Positions 52,501 to 64,000 of a DNA stretch of 64,000 nt are shown here, piece by piece (the first letter of the stretch is position 1; each line of letters starts with the position of its first letter). Source of the DNA: Convolutriloba macropyga (lineage: Eukaryota). The position numbers and the translations under genes are program-made. The notes beneath the pieces were generated by a model. It was not told the origin of the DNA and did no database searches. It worked only from the letters and a program-made list of their open reading frames with translations. Location: positions 35,402,001 to 35,466,000 of the forward strand of contig NC_134479.1 of NCBI RefSeq assembly GCF_964194025.1. The letters run 5' to 3'.

Positions 52501-55500
52501 GCAAAATTATCAGTTTTCAGAAAATTATACCAAAAATGAATTTACAACAAAAGCACGTAAAATGATTTTTCCACCGACATCTTGAGTTCTTTCTATGTGT
52601 TTGTCTTTTTGGGGGTGTTGTATGAAAGCACTTAAAAGATTTTATTTAAAAAAGTGTCGATTGTTTTGTTTACCAACTTTTTAAAAGGAAATAGGAAAAG
52701 AAAAATTTATCGCTATAGAGAAAGACGCATGTTTTATTAATAAAACTTGAACTTTTTTTAAGTTACCAGGCCAATTGTTGCCTGATCAAACTGCAGAAAA
52801 AAATATTTCTGCAAAAAACTGAAAGCAAAAAAATAATTTATGTATCTGTTGTCATTTCACTCAAAAAAATTATCGCATTCTCCCAGAAGTTAGAAGACTT
52901 TCAACTAAGTATGCAGTTTGAAATGCACATTGAATTGAATTGAATTAGTTTACCAGCAACATAACAATATTTAAACGAAACAAAGTTTTCAAGGAGAAAA
53001 TATACGCCTGGGTGGACACACCTGGAGCCAGTTCTCGTATGCTTTCTAGAATTTAATTATTTTCTTTAGAAAAGATGTATGCTATGATAAACTTGATCCG
53101 CAGCGAATTTGTAAGACTTTTTAATTCGGCAATGATAAAATGTTGAGTGAAACTCTTCTAGTATCATGATGGTTGCTGAATGAGTTTAATATTAGCTAAC
53201 TCGGTTTTTCTGAATTAAAGGAACTTGAATTTGAAAAACAAAACATTAATAGCAAAAAATTTTTTGTCTTCATTTTCTAATCGACTCCGTTTTTTTCTGT
53301 TTGCAAAAAATGGCCCTACATATTCTTTTTTGCATCTTATATATTTTGTCAATATGTGCCTTCTACGTGTATTCATAAATTAAAAGACCATATTCTATTG
53401 TAGATTTCACATAATCACTGAAAAACGTTAGCATTTGACTTTTTGTCAAATAATTTCTTGCCTTATTAACCAGAAAATTTTATCAATGGTTGCTCTTCAG
53501 ATAATTTTTTATACCTTGTTTAGCCTTTGACGGGCTGGAAAATAACGTGCAAACGCAATTTAACAACCCTGGTAGAGAATGGATGGTTATTTAGTAGGAA
53601 TCTGGCAGATTCTGGTTGATTCTTACAAGACGATGCATCTTCTGCCAGAAACTTCTTGAAGATTCTTACATGATAACCATTTTTCCTCCAGATTCCTAAA
53701 AGATAACCATTTTTCTGCCAGATTCCTACAAGATAACCAGTTTTCTGCCAGATTCCTACAAGATAACCATTTTTCTGTCAGATTACTACAATAGAACCAT
53801 TTCTGTGCCTGGGTCTTACAAGATATCAAATTTCTGTCAGATTATCAAAAGATATCTATTTGTTTTTTAAGATTCCTGTAATATGAAACTTATTGGGAAT
53901 TCTTTCGGGACTGATTCTTCTCTGGGAATTCGTTTATGTAAGTTTACTGTGCAACAACATAACATTAAGTGTGCTTGTAATGTATTCTGGCAAAAATTAA
54001 TAAAATTTATGAAAAACTGATGAAATGAGATAATGAGTTTGTTGTAAAAATTTGTATTTCATTTAGACACAATAAGCATGTCATGTACACTACGTAAAAT
54101 ATAGCCAACTGAACATTTTGAAAAAGCAACTCAGCAAACCATCATATCAAGCAACTTTTCGTCAATCACTGTGTAACATTTTTTGCAAAATTTTTCGTGC
54201 TCTTTTATCAAATCAATAAGACAACTGTACTGCAAATAATTTTCTGAGAAAATAATTTGAGAAGATTAGATATTATTAACCAATTGAAATGCAGCTCAAA
54301 TGAAACGAACTCATCCCCTTTAATCGGAATCTTGCAATATATCCATTTTTCTGCCAGAATGTTACAAGATAGCCATTCTTCTAGCAGATTCTGCCAGATA
54401 ATTATTTTTCTGGCAGATTCTGCCTGATAAACTTTTTTTGGCAGAACCTTGAAGATTGTCATTTTTCTGCTAGATTTTGAAAGATAACCATCTATCTGTC
54501 AGAATCTGACAGATTCCATTAAGATAACCATCCGGTCTCGACTATGCAATTCTCCCCGTTTTGCATAACCTTGCCCGAGTCTGGTAACATTACCGTCAGA
54601 TAACTGCAAAAAAAATTTGGATATAGTATTATCATGAGTGTATAACTTATGCTTATAGCCATTCTGCGAAATAAGGACTATGGCGTGGAATGTGCGGTGT
54701 ATTTTGCGTTTTTGGTATACCTGATGAGCCAAATATAATTACCTGCAAGAACTGCTGCGGTCGCCAAATGAAACTCTTCCCTGCAGACAGCGGAATCGAA
54801 ATACTCGTCTGAAAGAACTGCGAATATTACAGTCGATCTCTCCAGTGACTCATAGATAGCCTGTTCGATTGAAGATGATTGATGATGTCCAATATATATT
54901 TTTTTATTTTCAAAAATGTTTCATAACAGTGTGAATATGCATAGTTTTTAATGCAGCTTCGATCTTAGAACAAACATATGCGCATACATGGAACGACAAC
55001 GTAAATAATGAGCAGTTATAAAAACCGTTATAATACAAAACCGTTTTGACGCTCAGTTTCTACTGCATTGAGAACCTGTATGATAATGCGGAAATCGAAT
55101 AATTTATTGAATACTTTTTTCCGCAGTGGATAATCTTTTACGAAGAATTTTAGTCAAGCAAATTAATTGTTCTGTGTAAACCTATGGGAATTGTTTTGAA
55201 CATCAGTTCTCCAGAGCTGACTACCCAAATTTTTGTTGGACTGTGAGTATATCCAGAAGTATTTAGATCATTTTTGCATTTTGGCAAGATTTAGTCATAT
55301 TTTACTTTAGGAAATTTATACTTAGAGTCACTTGGACGTGAAGGTGAAAAGTAAGAAAATTGCCAATGACGAGCCAGATATGATTCGATTTGCCTTTTGC
55401 TAATAAAGCTTATAAGTTGGACATCATCATGATTTTCAACCTGTTGCCACTGGAACCCATGACGTAACTCCTCGCTGTCTAGAAACACCTGTAATGACGG

Positions 55501-58500
55501 GTCCAACTTCTCTCGGATTGAGTTCATGATGTCTTTATTTTTGTGGGCATAGGAGATAAACACATCGTAATTCGGAACATAAGCTGCACCTTCGGTTTTA
55601 GATTCGGCTGTCATTTTGTCGCGTGGAATTTTAGCTTCCGCTATTAAAGCGTTGTAGATCTGAAATTTGCAAAACCTGAGGTTTGGTTAGAAATTGGATG
55701 CTAAAGAGCTTTATGGTATCTATTCTGTTTCGCCCTCCCCGGCTTAGTGAGCTGAGCATAAATCTTTTATGACCCCCAAGCGCACGTGCTATTTTCTTAC
55801 ATAGTAACGTGCTATATAACAACATATAATTTGTAACTGGGGGTCATAAAAAACACTGGGGCGAAACAGAAAAGATCCGCTTTATGATTTCTGTAAGCTC
55901 CGACTTGTTTCAGGCCCTCTTTCGAAACACAAACCAACTTTTGAGTTTTGTCATAACAACATTAAACATTGACTAATTATCATAACTAAAAAATAGCTAA
56001 GGTGTCCATAGTTATTGTGAAAACGGCCATGATTATCGACAATTTTACTTAAATTTTTTAAAAAATAAAACTGATCGTTATTTTTGGCTTTTAAGGAAAA
56101 TATAAATTATGATTAAATTATTAGAAATTTTATGGCAAACTCCACCATGATCTTCTCAACAAGCAATCCCACCCCCGGCGCCTCCGCTTCTTACTTTTTA
56201 AAAATGATCTGTTCTGTTTCGCCTCACTACCGTGCGCACGTGCCCGGTTAGCTCTTAAAGAGAAAATTAGCAAAGATTACTATGTTTTTCCGTCCTGTTT
56301 GTTACTTTAGCTGATTGGAAGTAATTTTGGGTCTTGGGGCAAGATGAAAAATGGCAGTCCCCCGGTGAGATTGTTTCTATTTTGATAGTATTTGGTTGCT
56401 CGTGCGGTTGTTTTTTTTTCAAGTAAAGTTCCCCCCACGTTTTTGTTATTCATTAAGAAGAGAACAACAATATTTATAGATATTTCAGTATCCGATATTA
56501 AAATTTGTGACGCAGTCAGCAGCCCCAAGATAATGCAAGAAAAATCTTTCGATATATAAGAAGCTACACTTTTTATTTGGAAAATAAGAACGAGAAATGG
56601 GAAAGAGAAACGGAAACAAAATGAAAGCTTCTCCAGTTCAAAGTAATGAATGTACAACAGCAGATAGTTCTAGTTTTGTTGAAAACAGTGTGTTATCAGA
56701 CACTTTAAATGAAGGAAACCAATCCTCTGGATTAACACAGTCAATGACCAACTTGACAGTTGACGACTCTGATCCCCGTTTTCAAGTTCCTGTTGATACA
56801 GTGCTGTTTCATCCTGATACAAAAGACAGACCGTTTCAATTAACTGTGAAAAACCACAAAAACAACAAAACTTAAATCAGTTATTCAGGTTGGGGACTAC
56901 ATTTTGATAAATGGGTGTGCTCACGATCCATTTGGGCATACGCTCAATTTAGCTCCTTATTGTCAAACACAAAAAAGATTCCACGTGATATAGCAGCCCG
57001 CATTGACGAGATAGTTTTGACTGGCGAAATAGAAACCAGTTTAAGTAGCGCCGAGGTCAGTCCTGGTGCATCAAACATAAATCCTATTGGACTGCAAGAC
57101 ATGGAAACAATTTGCAGGAAACACATTCTAACACTACGGTACATACCGGTCAAATTTCGACTCAATTGGTCTGACGTTCTCACCAAAACTATTGAGGGAT
57201 GTATCTCACAGGCAAACTGCTCAGAAAACTGCAAGAAGCTTTTTTCCATTAGTAAAAGCACATTAAGAGCATCTAATAGGGGTAAAAATAACCAAAAACA
57301 AAATCAGGAAAACTTACTGTCAAAAACGTTTGAGCGCTGGAAAGCTGGGGACTACGCCGGAGTTTGGTATGAAGCTGCATCGATGAAGCAATGAAGAAAA
57401 ACTGTTACTGAAACCATAGAAGCACTTGCAGCTCGTGCTAAGGCGCTGTGCCTCCAAGGCCAATTCGGGAGAGCAGCAAAAATTCTATCATCCGATGGAG
57501 TAGCGCCAGATAATATGCAAACATTCAGAGGGCTCAAAACTCTACACCCTTTGGAAGAAAAACCCCGGCTGCGGTTTCAAGATTACAGCTCTCAAGCTCA
57601 TAAGTTTGGTGAGCCAACTGTATTTGGCCAAATTGAAGCCTTTCCCATTTTCTCAGCTGTTGGTCCATCTAAAATGTACCCTGAACACCTTTTGCACGCA
57701 GTTAATTGCGCTGCTTCTGATCAACCTAAACAAGCTATTACAGGCATAACAAAGCTAGTGAATTTTGCCAGCAGAGGTCAGCTCCCTGTGTCAGTGGCAC
57801 CTCTTTTCTGCAGTGCTTCTTTAACTGCTTTAAAGAAACTAAAAGGTGGTGTACGTCCGATAGCTGGGGGCAAGGTCTTGCGACGTTGGGTTGCAAAATG
57901 CATAGCCAAACAAACACAAACAGAGTCGGCCAAACTGTTCTCATCTAAACAACTTGGTGTAGGAGTCAAGTGTGGAGCTAAAAGTACAAAGCACAGTCAT
58001 CTTTATTATAGTAACAAATCTAACGAGTCAATCTGGAGTGCACCAAGAAGAGCCATTGGGTCCTCTGTTGTTCTCCCTAACCTTGTGGTCTATAATAGAA
58101 GAGATTGAATCAAAAATAAATAATCTTACCCATAACTGATGGTACCTTGAAGATGTTATTATTGCTGGAACAGAACCCGAACTGAACGAGGCTTTAGATA
58201 TATTGACTGTATTGGACAAAACTTGCGGCCTAGAACTCAGAAGAGACATATGTGAGGTCTGGTCAAAAAGAGCTCTGAACACGATCGATAGCAGAATTAA
58301 AAGAAACAGTAGAGAGGCACTTTAAATACTGGGTGCTGCTGTTGGATCCCCCGCTTCATTGCTTCCTTGATACATAAACGTATTCAAAAGATCGAAAATT
58401 TTCCGGAGAACCTCGAGTACATAAACGACCCACAGTGTGCTCTTGGCATTCTACGTAATTGCCTGGGTACACCAAAAATGGTGTATTCACTGCGCTGCAA

Positions 58501-61500
58501 TACACCATCAGATGAAGCTATAAATAATTTTGATGAATTTGACTCGCTTCACATGAAAACTTTTGAGAATATACTGGGAACAGTCTTTTCCAATTAATCA
58601 TGGCATCAAACTTGTTTGTCTATCAAAAAGACTGGAATTGGAATCCGACGAGCGTCTGATCAGATAAAAGCAGCCTATATTGGTTCGATATCGCAGTCAA
58701 CTACATTAGTAGAGCTTAAAGCTGGCCAATGTCCGACAGCAGATCACACTTTTACCAAAATGATTGATGAAATAAATGGTTTGTCAATATCGCAGCTTAC
58801 TCAAAGCAAAATAAAGGAAGTCCTCAAAGAAGTTGCTCTCAATATATTACTTGAAAATCAAACGTCCGAAAGAGAAAAAGCTCGTTTATTGTCACTCTCT
58901 CATCCTCAATCAGGAACGTGGTAATCGGCAGCTCCCATACCGGCTCTCGGCCTCCATTTTATGCCAAACGAGTTTCGTGCAACTGTGAAGTACAGACTTG
59001 GCGCTCCCATATATGAAAGAGAAAGGAAAGGTCCCTCTTGTAAAAGAGGATCTTTGGATACACTCGGTGATCATGCTGTTCGGCGTCATGGGCGGGGCGA
59101 TATGATTTCGCGACACGACCGCCTAAGGGACATAATTTTTCCACTTGCAGCGCTGCCAACCTGTTACCAGTTTGCGAGCAGAAAACCTAATACCAGAAAC
59201 AAATTCTCGACCTCGAGATGTGTATTTACCTTGTTGGTCTGCTGGGCAACCGGCAGCTCTGGTTATAACCATTACCTCCCCACTGCAACCAAGTATTATT
59301 TCAAATGCGGTGAGGAAATCTGGTTTTGCCTTGAGAGCTGCGGAAGACAGGAAGTTGGAGCAATATTCCCAACATTGTGCCAACATAGGTGTTCAATTTA
59401 TTCCCATGGCTTTTGAATCATTTGCAGGACATTCTGAATTGGTCAGAAAGACGTTGAAGCGCATAGCTCTGCTCACTGACAACAGAAGTTTGGACTCAGT
59501 TGGTTTGTCAGTTGCTTTCAGCAGACTTGCGCAATCGGTTTCAGTCACACTAATGCGAGGAAACGCTATAATGTTGAGAGCAAGAAGTGCAGAACTGTGA
59601 GCTAGCTGCAAGTAAAAGAAGACTCCTCAATGTCTCATGACTTTCGATTGTGCGGGTTTCAGTATCCCATTTGCAAACCAAAAAGTGTGGGTTCCACTAT
59701 CCTAGTTTAAAACCCGATTGTGTGGGTTTTACTATTCCAAATGAAAGCACGATTGATTAAGTTTAATTAATTATGAGTTTTTATTCTTACCTGACCAAAG
59801 TGGGGAGAATAGAAACATAAATTTCATATCTGGAAATGGACTATTGAAAATTGATTTATTAAACTGGTGATCTGCTGTTTTATAAACCTAGTCATGGTAA
59901 CCAAGTTAATTGTTAATTCAATTTTTCCTATTCTAAAAAAAACTTATATGGAAGTTATGAAAAAGGCGGGTCTTTCCCATTATAGCCCCCAGCTCAATGG
60001 TCAGATAACATATAGCCCCGTCCCCCAATCATGGTAATTATACCATAATGGGGGGTTATAATTTCAAGTGGGCTAATGGGAAAGACCTAAAAAGGCTATT
60101 CAAAGGGTATGCAAAAGGCTAGGAGTAGGGGGAGTGAAACAGAGTAAATCCAAAAGAATGAAATGTTGATTATTGTTGGTCATATTTTGAAGAACCCTAA
60201 TTACTGAAAATTTAATGAAATTCAATGAGCCCAAAGCTGATTGGAAGTTAAATTTTATTGTTGTTCTATAGAGAACAGGATGTCTACTTCAACTTCAAAA
60301 AGAGTGAGTAAAAGAGGCTCTGAGCGGATTTGAACCACTGATCTCCGGTTTACAAGACCGGCGCATTAACCACTATGCTACAGAGCCGGTATCTCTTTTT
60401 GCGTGATAATGATAATGAAGAAGTCAATAATAAAGTTATGCATTGACGTGTAACTCGGCGTCCAGGGCCATAAGACATATATTAAATGCACGTTTGAAAA
60501 AAAAAAATGACGCTTGTTTTTATATAGTAAATTGAAAAAAAACTGTAGATGTGACAACGTTAGCTTCTCTGTTATATTATATCGGACAAGAATGAGCATT
60601 AAAGGATTTTGAGCGAAACAGAATGGATCCAAAAAATATGAATCGTGCGACATATTTAAAAAGCTTCTTTTACCTGTTTGACAGCCTGTGCCATTTTGTT
60701 CATGTCGTATTTGTGACAGTTGAACCACTGGATCGACTTCATGTAGTTGGGCAAGGCTGTCCCTTCGTCCAGAAAAAGGGGAGCTAATAGACTCCCAATA
60801 GAGTTGTTCAGACAGTATGAAATGTTGAACTGCTCAACACACTCTGCTGCCTTAAAATTGAAGAATAAATATGTGGGACTTCATAAGTTACGAGGATTCC
60901 ATTCAAGTAAGTACGGTAATAGGCATCATAAACAACCCGGTTTTACCACCAAGATAGAAATTTACCAATCATAAAACGCATTATATGGATTTTACGGAAA
61001 CTTACTAAACATCCCAGGTTGTTGTCCAGACCAAAATCGTCTCTGATCAGACCGTCAAGACAAAAGTGACCTCTGATCATACCGACCTAGACCGAAGTAA
61101 CCTCTGGTCAGAATATTGCGCGCTCAAAATTCCTCGTGCGCTAGAAGTGTTCTCGAAAGCCTCTTCTGATCAGAATGACGTACGGTCGAAAGCCAATCCT
61201 GATCAGACAAATGTGCGCTCAACTCCGCCTCTGAGCAAACAAGTGTGCGCTTGATTCAACCTCTGATCCTAATCAAGTGCGCTCAAAATTGCTTCTGATA
61301 AGACTCAAGTGCGCACAAAATTGCCTATGATCAGATTAAAGTGCGCTCGAAATAGCCTCTGATTACACTCATTCCATATAAATTAATGTCTTTTAGTAAA
61401 ACTTTCAACTAAGTAAAAGCCAATCCCACGAGTATTATAAATGAAAAAACCAAAGTGTCCAGAAAATAATCTAGTTAGTATGACTTTGGTGCATATTTCT

Positions 61501-62436
61501 GACTCGATAGAAGAAAATTAGACACCTTTCCATAAAAACATTTTAATCAACAGTTAAGGGAATTTTCCTCCAAAAAGGATTGGCGTTTGCTATCAGCTGG
61601 ACCCCCTGGTTCTGATCAGCCCCACCAGAACCTAGATAAGTCTTCAATAAAAACGCTGCTGTATGGTTGCCTCTTGGCGGCGCCAGCGTCCCTCATGTTA
61701 AAAAATGTTTTTAAAAAATTAACTAAAGAGTGCGCTTAAAACAGTTTCTGATCAGACTAGTATTTGCTTCAATCCGCCTCTAATCAGACAAGTTTCAGAG
61801 CATTGTACAGACTAAAGTACTCTCGAAGACTTCACAGACCATGTAATACCTGCGCACCATGTACGAGCGTGCGCTGGAAGATGGCCTGAGCAGAGGTCTA
61901 GTCAGTCTTGACACGTCGAACTGGGATAGAACGATCGTAAAAATTTATATATGATACATTACTTAACACAGAACGGACCACATTTGGTCCATCGAGCTTT
62001 TAAAAAAAATGCTTGTGTCAAATATTCATATGGACACTTACGTACCATAGCGAGTACCATATATGGCGCCTTAGTCACCACAACAGAAACATAAACAAAT
62101 TTTTTACTGGCTGTGATTGACCATATATGGTCCTTTCTATGGTGAGATAGGTACCATAATGGTAATTTTTATCGTATGTAAGATTGCTCCCCCTTTAGAC
62201 CGAATGAGATCAATCTGCCGAATATTTTAAATGGGAAAAGATAAAAAGGAGTTATATGCATATAGACACATTTTAAACTGACTAAACTGACCTTCAAGTA
62301 GGGTGGGCTAAGAAAGTGAACAACCTTCTTAGACGCTTTGACATTACTGTACATCTTAGACTGCCATGAAGACTCTTCAGAAAGCGTTTCTCTCTCGTCA
62401 AAGAAACGGATAGAAGACGCTTGTGCCTTCATCACT
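49545..62436 (-). CDS. Multi-TIR-domain protein (at least 3 tandem TIR_2-like domains), 5' end not found. Exons 62436-62292, 60850-60674, 55659-55441, 54860-54743, 51399-51015, 49995-49545
   Basis: All five introns are GT-AG with matching phases. TIR-A: FFDERETL...W...MYSNVKASKKVVHFLSPPYLK|AAECVEQF. TIR-B: YDVFISYAH...VFLDSEELRHGFQWQQ|AIYESLERS...VLSDEYFDSAVCREEFHLA. TIR-C: IAVLAS...IIDSSDVILVILDDKFFNDSQC. TGA stop at 49545-49547. Confidence 0.9.
53600..53880. repeat. About 30-bp degenerate tandem repeats AGATAACCATTTTTCTGCCAGATTCCTACA (second cluster at 54325-54530)
   Basis: Seen directly; explains the repetitive spurious ORF 53623-53829. Confidence 0.85.
55724..55872. mobile_element. Small inverted-repeat (MITE-like) element
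   Basis: TTCTGTTTCGCCC...TTTTATGACCCCCA versus TGGGGGTCATAAAA...GGGCGAAACAGAA. Confidence 0.55.
56597..59600 (+). mobile_element. Decayed CRE-clade-like non-LTR retrotransposon (RT plus restriction-like endonuclease)
   Basis: GGVRPIA.G..LRR.VAK; QLGVGV.CGA; GVHQEEPLGPLLFSL; YLED (degenerate YLDD); ILGAAVG; RLG.P....C..C....D.LGDHA...RHD; RPRDV...ALVITITSP; AEDRK; FIPMAFESF. Multiple stops and frameshifts plus an internal RT deletion. Confidence 0.85.
59645..59755 (+). repeat. Three 35-bp tandem repeats just 3' of the CRE-like ORF
   Basis: CGATTGTG(C/T)GGGTT..A.TAT.C.....AAA.C, three copies. Confidence 0.75.
59968..60088. mobile_element. 121-bp MITE with an 8-bp target-site duplication
   Basis: Terminal inverted repeats GGTCTTTCCCATTATAGCCC / GGGCTAATGGGAAAGACC, flanked on both sides by AAAAAGGC. 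Confidence 0.8.
60315..60387 (-). tRNA. tRNA-Thr (TGT)
   Basis: The reverse complement GGCTCTGTAGCATAGTGGTTAATGCGCCGGTCTTGTAAACCGGAGATCAGTGGTTCAAATCCGCTCAGAGCCT forms a complete cloverleaf. Confidence 0.96.
61025..61370. repeat. Degenerate CTCTGATCAGA...GTGCGCTC repeat cluster (related patches at 26120-26280, 28140-28280, 33670-33810, 61610-61910)
   Basis: Recurrent CTGATCAG palindrome at roughly 30-35-bp spacing. Confidence 0.7.
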
Positions 62437-63053
62437 CTAAACACGATTGCAGGATTAGAAGCACGTTTAGTTCAGCTAATAGTTCAGTTAAACAGGCAGA
62501 TACGTTTGGAAGCATGTTTGTTCCAGAGCATGTGGACATGTCAATCAACAGTTGACCGAGATTTCAGTTAGACTTGAAGTGTTTAAACAAAAGGATGCAT
62601 ACAAACTGCTTTGTGTTTTTGCATTAGCCGGTGAGGACCATCAATTGTGTAGCATTTCAACAATAAATGTTGGCATAGCCTGTTAACGGGTTGAATTATC
62701 CGGTATATTTTGAATATACCTTTATGAGAGGCTAAAAAAAGAGTGGGGTTGCGAGAAAAAAGCTTTAGAGATCTATAATAGCAACTTGGTTTTAATCCTA
62801 CTTGCTGAACTGTTTTGCGTATTTGTCGTCCTGTCCACTGTAAGAAAGATAGAAGTCAAACGTCTCTCCCGTTTCGTCAGCTTCTGTTTGTTTCTTCACA
62901 AGCTCATTTATTTCACTTTTGAGATCCCCAAAGTGTTTGATCAGTACACTGTACGTCTGGAACATTTAAAAAATTTCCGCATCATTGCAGCACTTTCATT
63001 ACCCCCCCCCCCCCCCCCCGAACATACTGAGTATCTTGAGTGGTGATCGCCGT

Positions 63054-63299
63054 ATTGGCCGACAAGGCGTTCAGCCGACAACCAAAAAATGAGAAATTTA
63101 GCCGACAATTTAAGTAAAATGAGCGATGAAATTAATTCTGAAGCTCTGTGATTGGCTAATTTAAATCCCTATTTCCTAAGCGGACAAATATACCGTCAAC
63201 TAGCGTAACGAAGGTCTATCCGAAGGCCTATCCGTGGTGATAAAACTATCGGCTAAATTTCTCATTTTTCCTTGTCGGCTAAACGCCCTGTCAGCCAAT
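63054..63299. mobile_element. MITE-like element with about 50-bp imperfect terminal inverted repeats
   Basis: ATTGGCCGACAAGGCGTTCAGCCGACAA..AAAAATGAGAAATTTAGCCGA is mirrored by TCGGCTAAATTTCTCATTTTT..TTGTCGGCTAAACGCCCTGTCAGCCAAT. Confidence 0.8.
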
Positions 63300-63313
63300 C
63301 TTCCTAGCACCAT

Positions 63314-63560
63314 TTTGAGTACTTCGAGGAAACATATCTCGGCCGCATCAACACAAATTGGAATAGCCAAAAATAACGCTTTCCTCTTGTAATGTGGAAT
63401 GTGTACCATCAAACTATAAAGCACCCATCCAGAACCAAGAATGGTTTCCAAGGAAGGATTTAGGTCGATGATTTACACATGTGAGCCCGAAGTCTAAAAT
63501 TCTCGCAGGCCTTAAGCGACATAGACAACAGGCGCCTCAACAATTTGCTGTGGCTCAACA
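63314..63560 (+). pseudogene. MULE/Mutator-type transposase C-terminal remnant
   Basis: FEYFEETYLGR...*RFPLVMWNVY......SRTKNGFQG matches the YF..TYIG...FP...WN.....PRTNN..EG motif. Contains stops. Confidence 0.7.
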
Positions 63561-64000
63561 AAGAGGGGAAATCACGCGATTAAAGAAAAAGATAGTTACT
63601 GCCATTGAAGTGAGCCCCCCCCCCCCCCCCCCCCCCCTCCTAGAATCTGCACACGAATATCAACCAATGAAAAATTGCGAGCAAGTGCGTGGAAATTATC
63701 GTTTCGAAAATCTATTTAAACTTTTCGTTTTTTTTACTGGAATAGTTATTTTGTAATCTAGTCCATTCAATTACAACTATGCTTCATCGCTTCGAAAGTC
63801 AAGTGCGTAGGTTTTTAGTCGTGGGCTCTTTGGGGACTTTTTCCGCGGGACGTTTTTCCGAAACTACTTTAAAACGCTCAATGAACATTCAAAATAGCAG
63901 AATTTTTGGATTTTTTTTCCGCTTGTGCCCCCCAGTACGTTCGCCCCCCACCCCCTCCCCCCTCCCCAGTTACAGAGCACGCGCCATTACATGGTAAATC

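Noticed and set aside
56165-56260. HDV-like ribozyme upstream of the CRE-like element
   Set aside because: The patch is GC-rich, but I could not build the nested double pseudoknot by eye; an Infernal or RNArobo search would be needed.

Overview
AT-rich, intron-containing animal (invertebrate-like) genomic DNA with three N-gaps. From left to right: (1) 1-12670 is a composite tandem array, about 2.8 copies of a 2918-bp unit switching abruptly to about 4.6 copies of a derived 960-970-bp unit with higher-order alternation. (2) 13464-36891 (+) is the 3' part of a spliced DC-STAMP-domain gene (DCST1/sneaky/SPE-42 type), rebuilt by hand from 7 exons and ending in a C4C4 RING-like domain. Its frame only closes if one intron has a GC donor and another has a non-canonical donor (best fit GA). 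tRNA-Phe lies just upstream of the first visible exon, probably in an intron. Downstream introns hold a near-full-length disabled Jockey/I-group LINE and a dead duplicate of the tRNA plus exon. (3) About 38800-49060 is a decayed Ty3/Gypsy-like element, partly tandem-duplicated with a templated junction. (4) 49545-62436 (-) is the 3' part of a spliced gene with at least three tandem TIR domains, only one of which keeps the catalytic Glu. One intron holds tRNA-Thr and a decayed CRE-like (RT plus restriction-like endonuclease) retrotransposon. (5) MITEs, minisatellites and a MULE transposase remnant are scattered throughout. Family assignments come from remembered motifs, not database searches.
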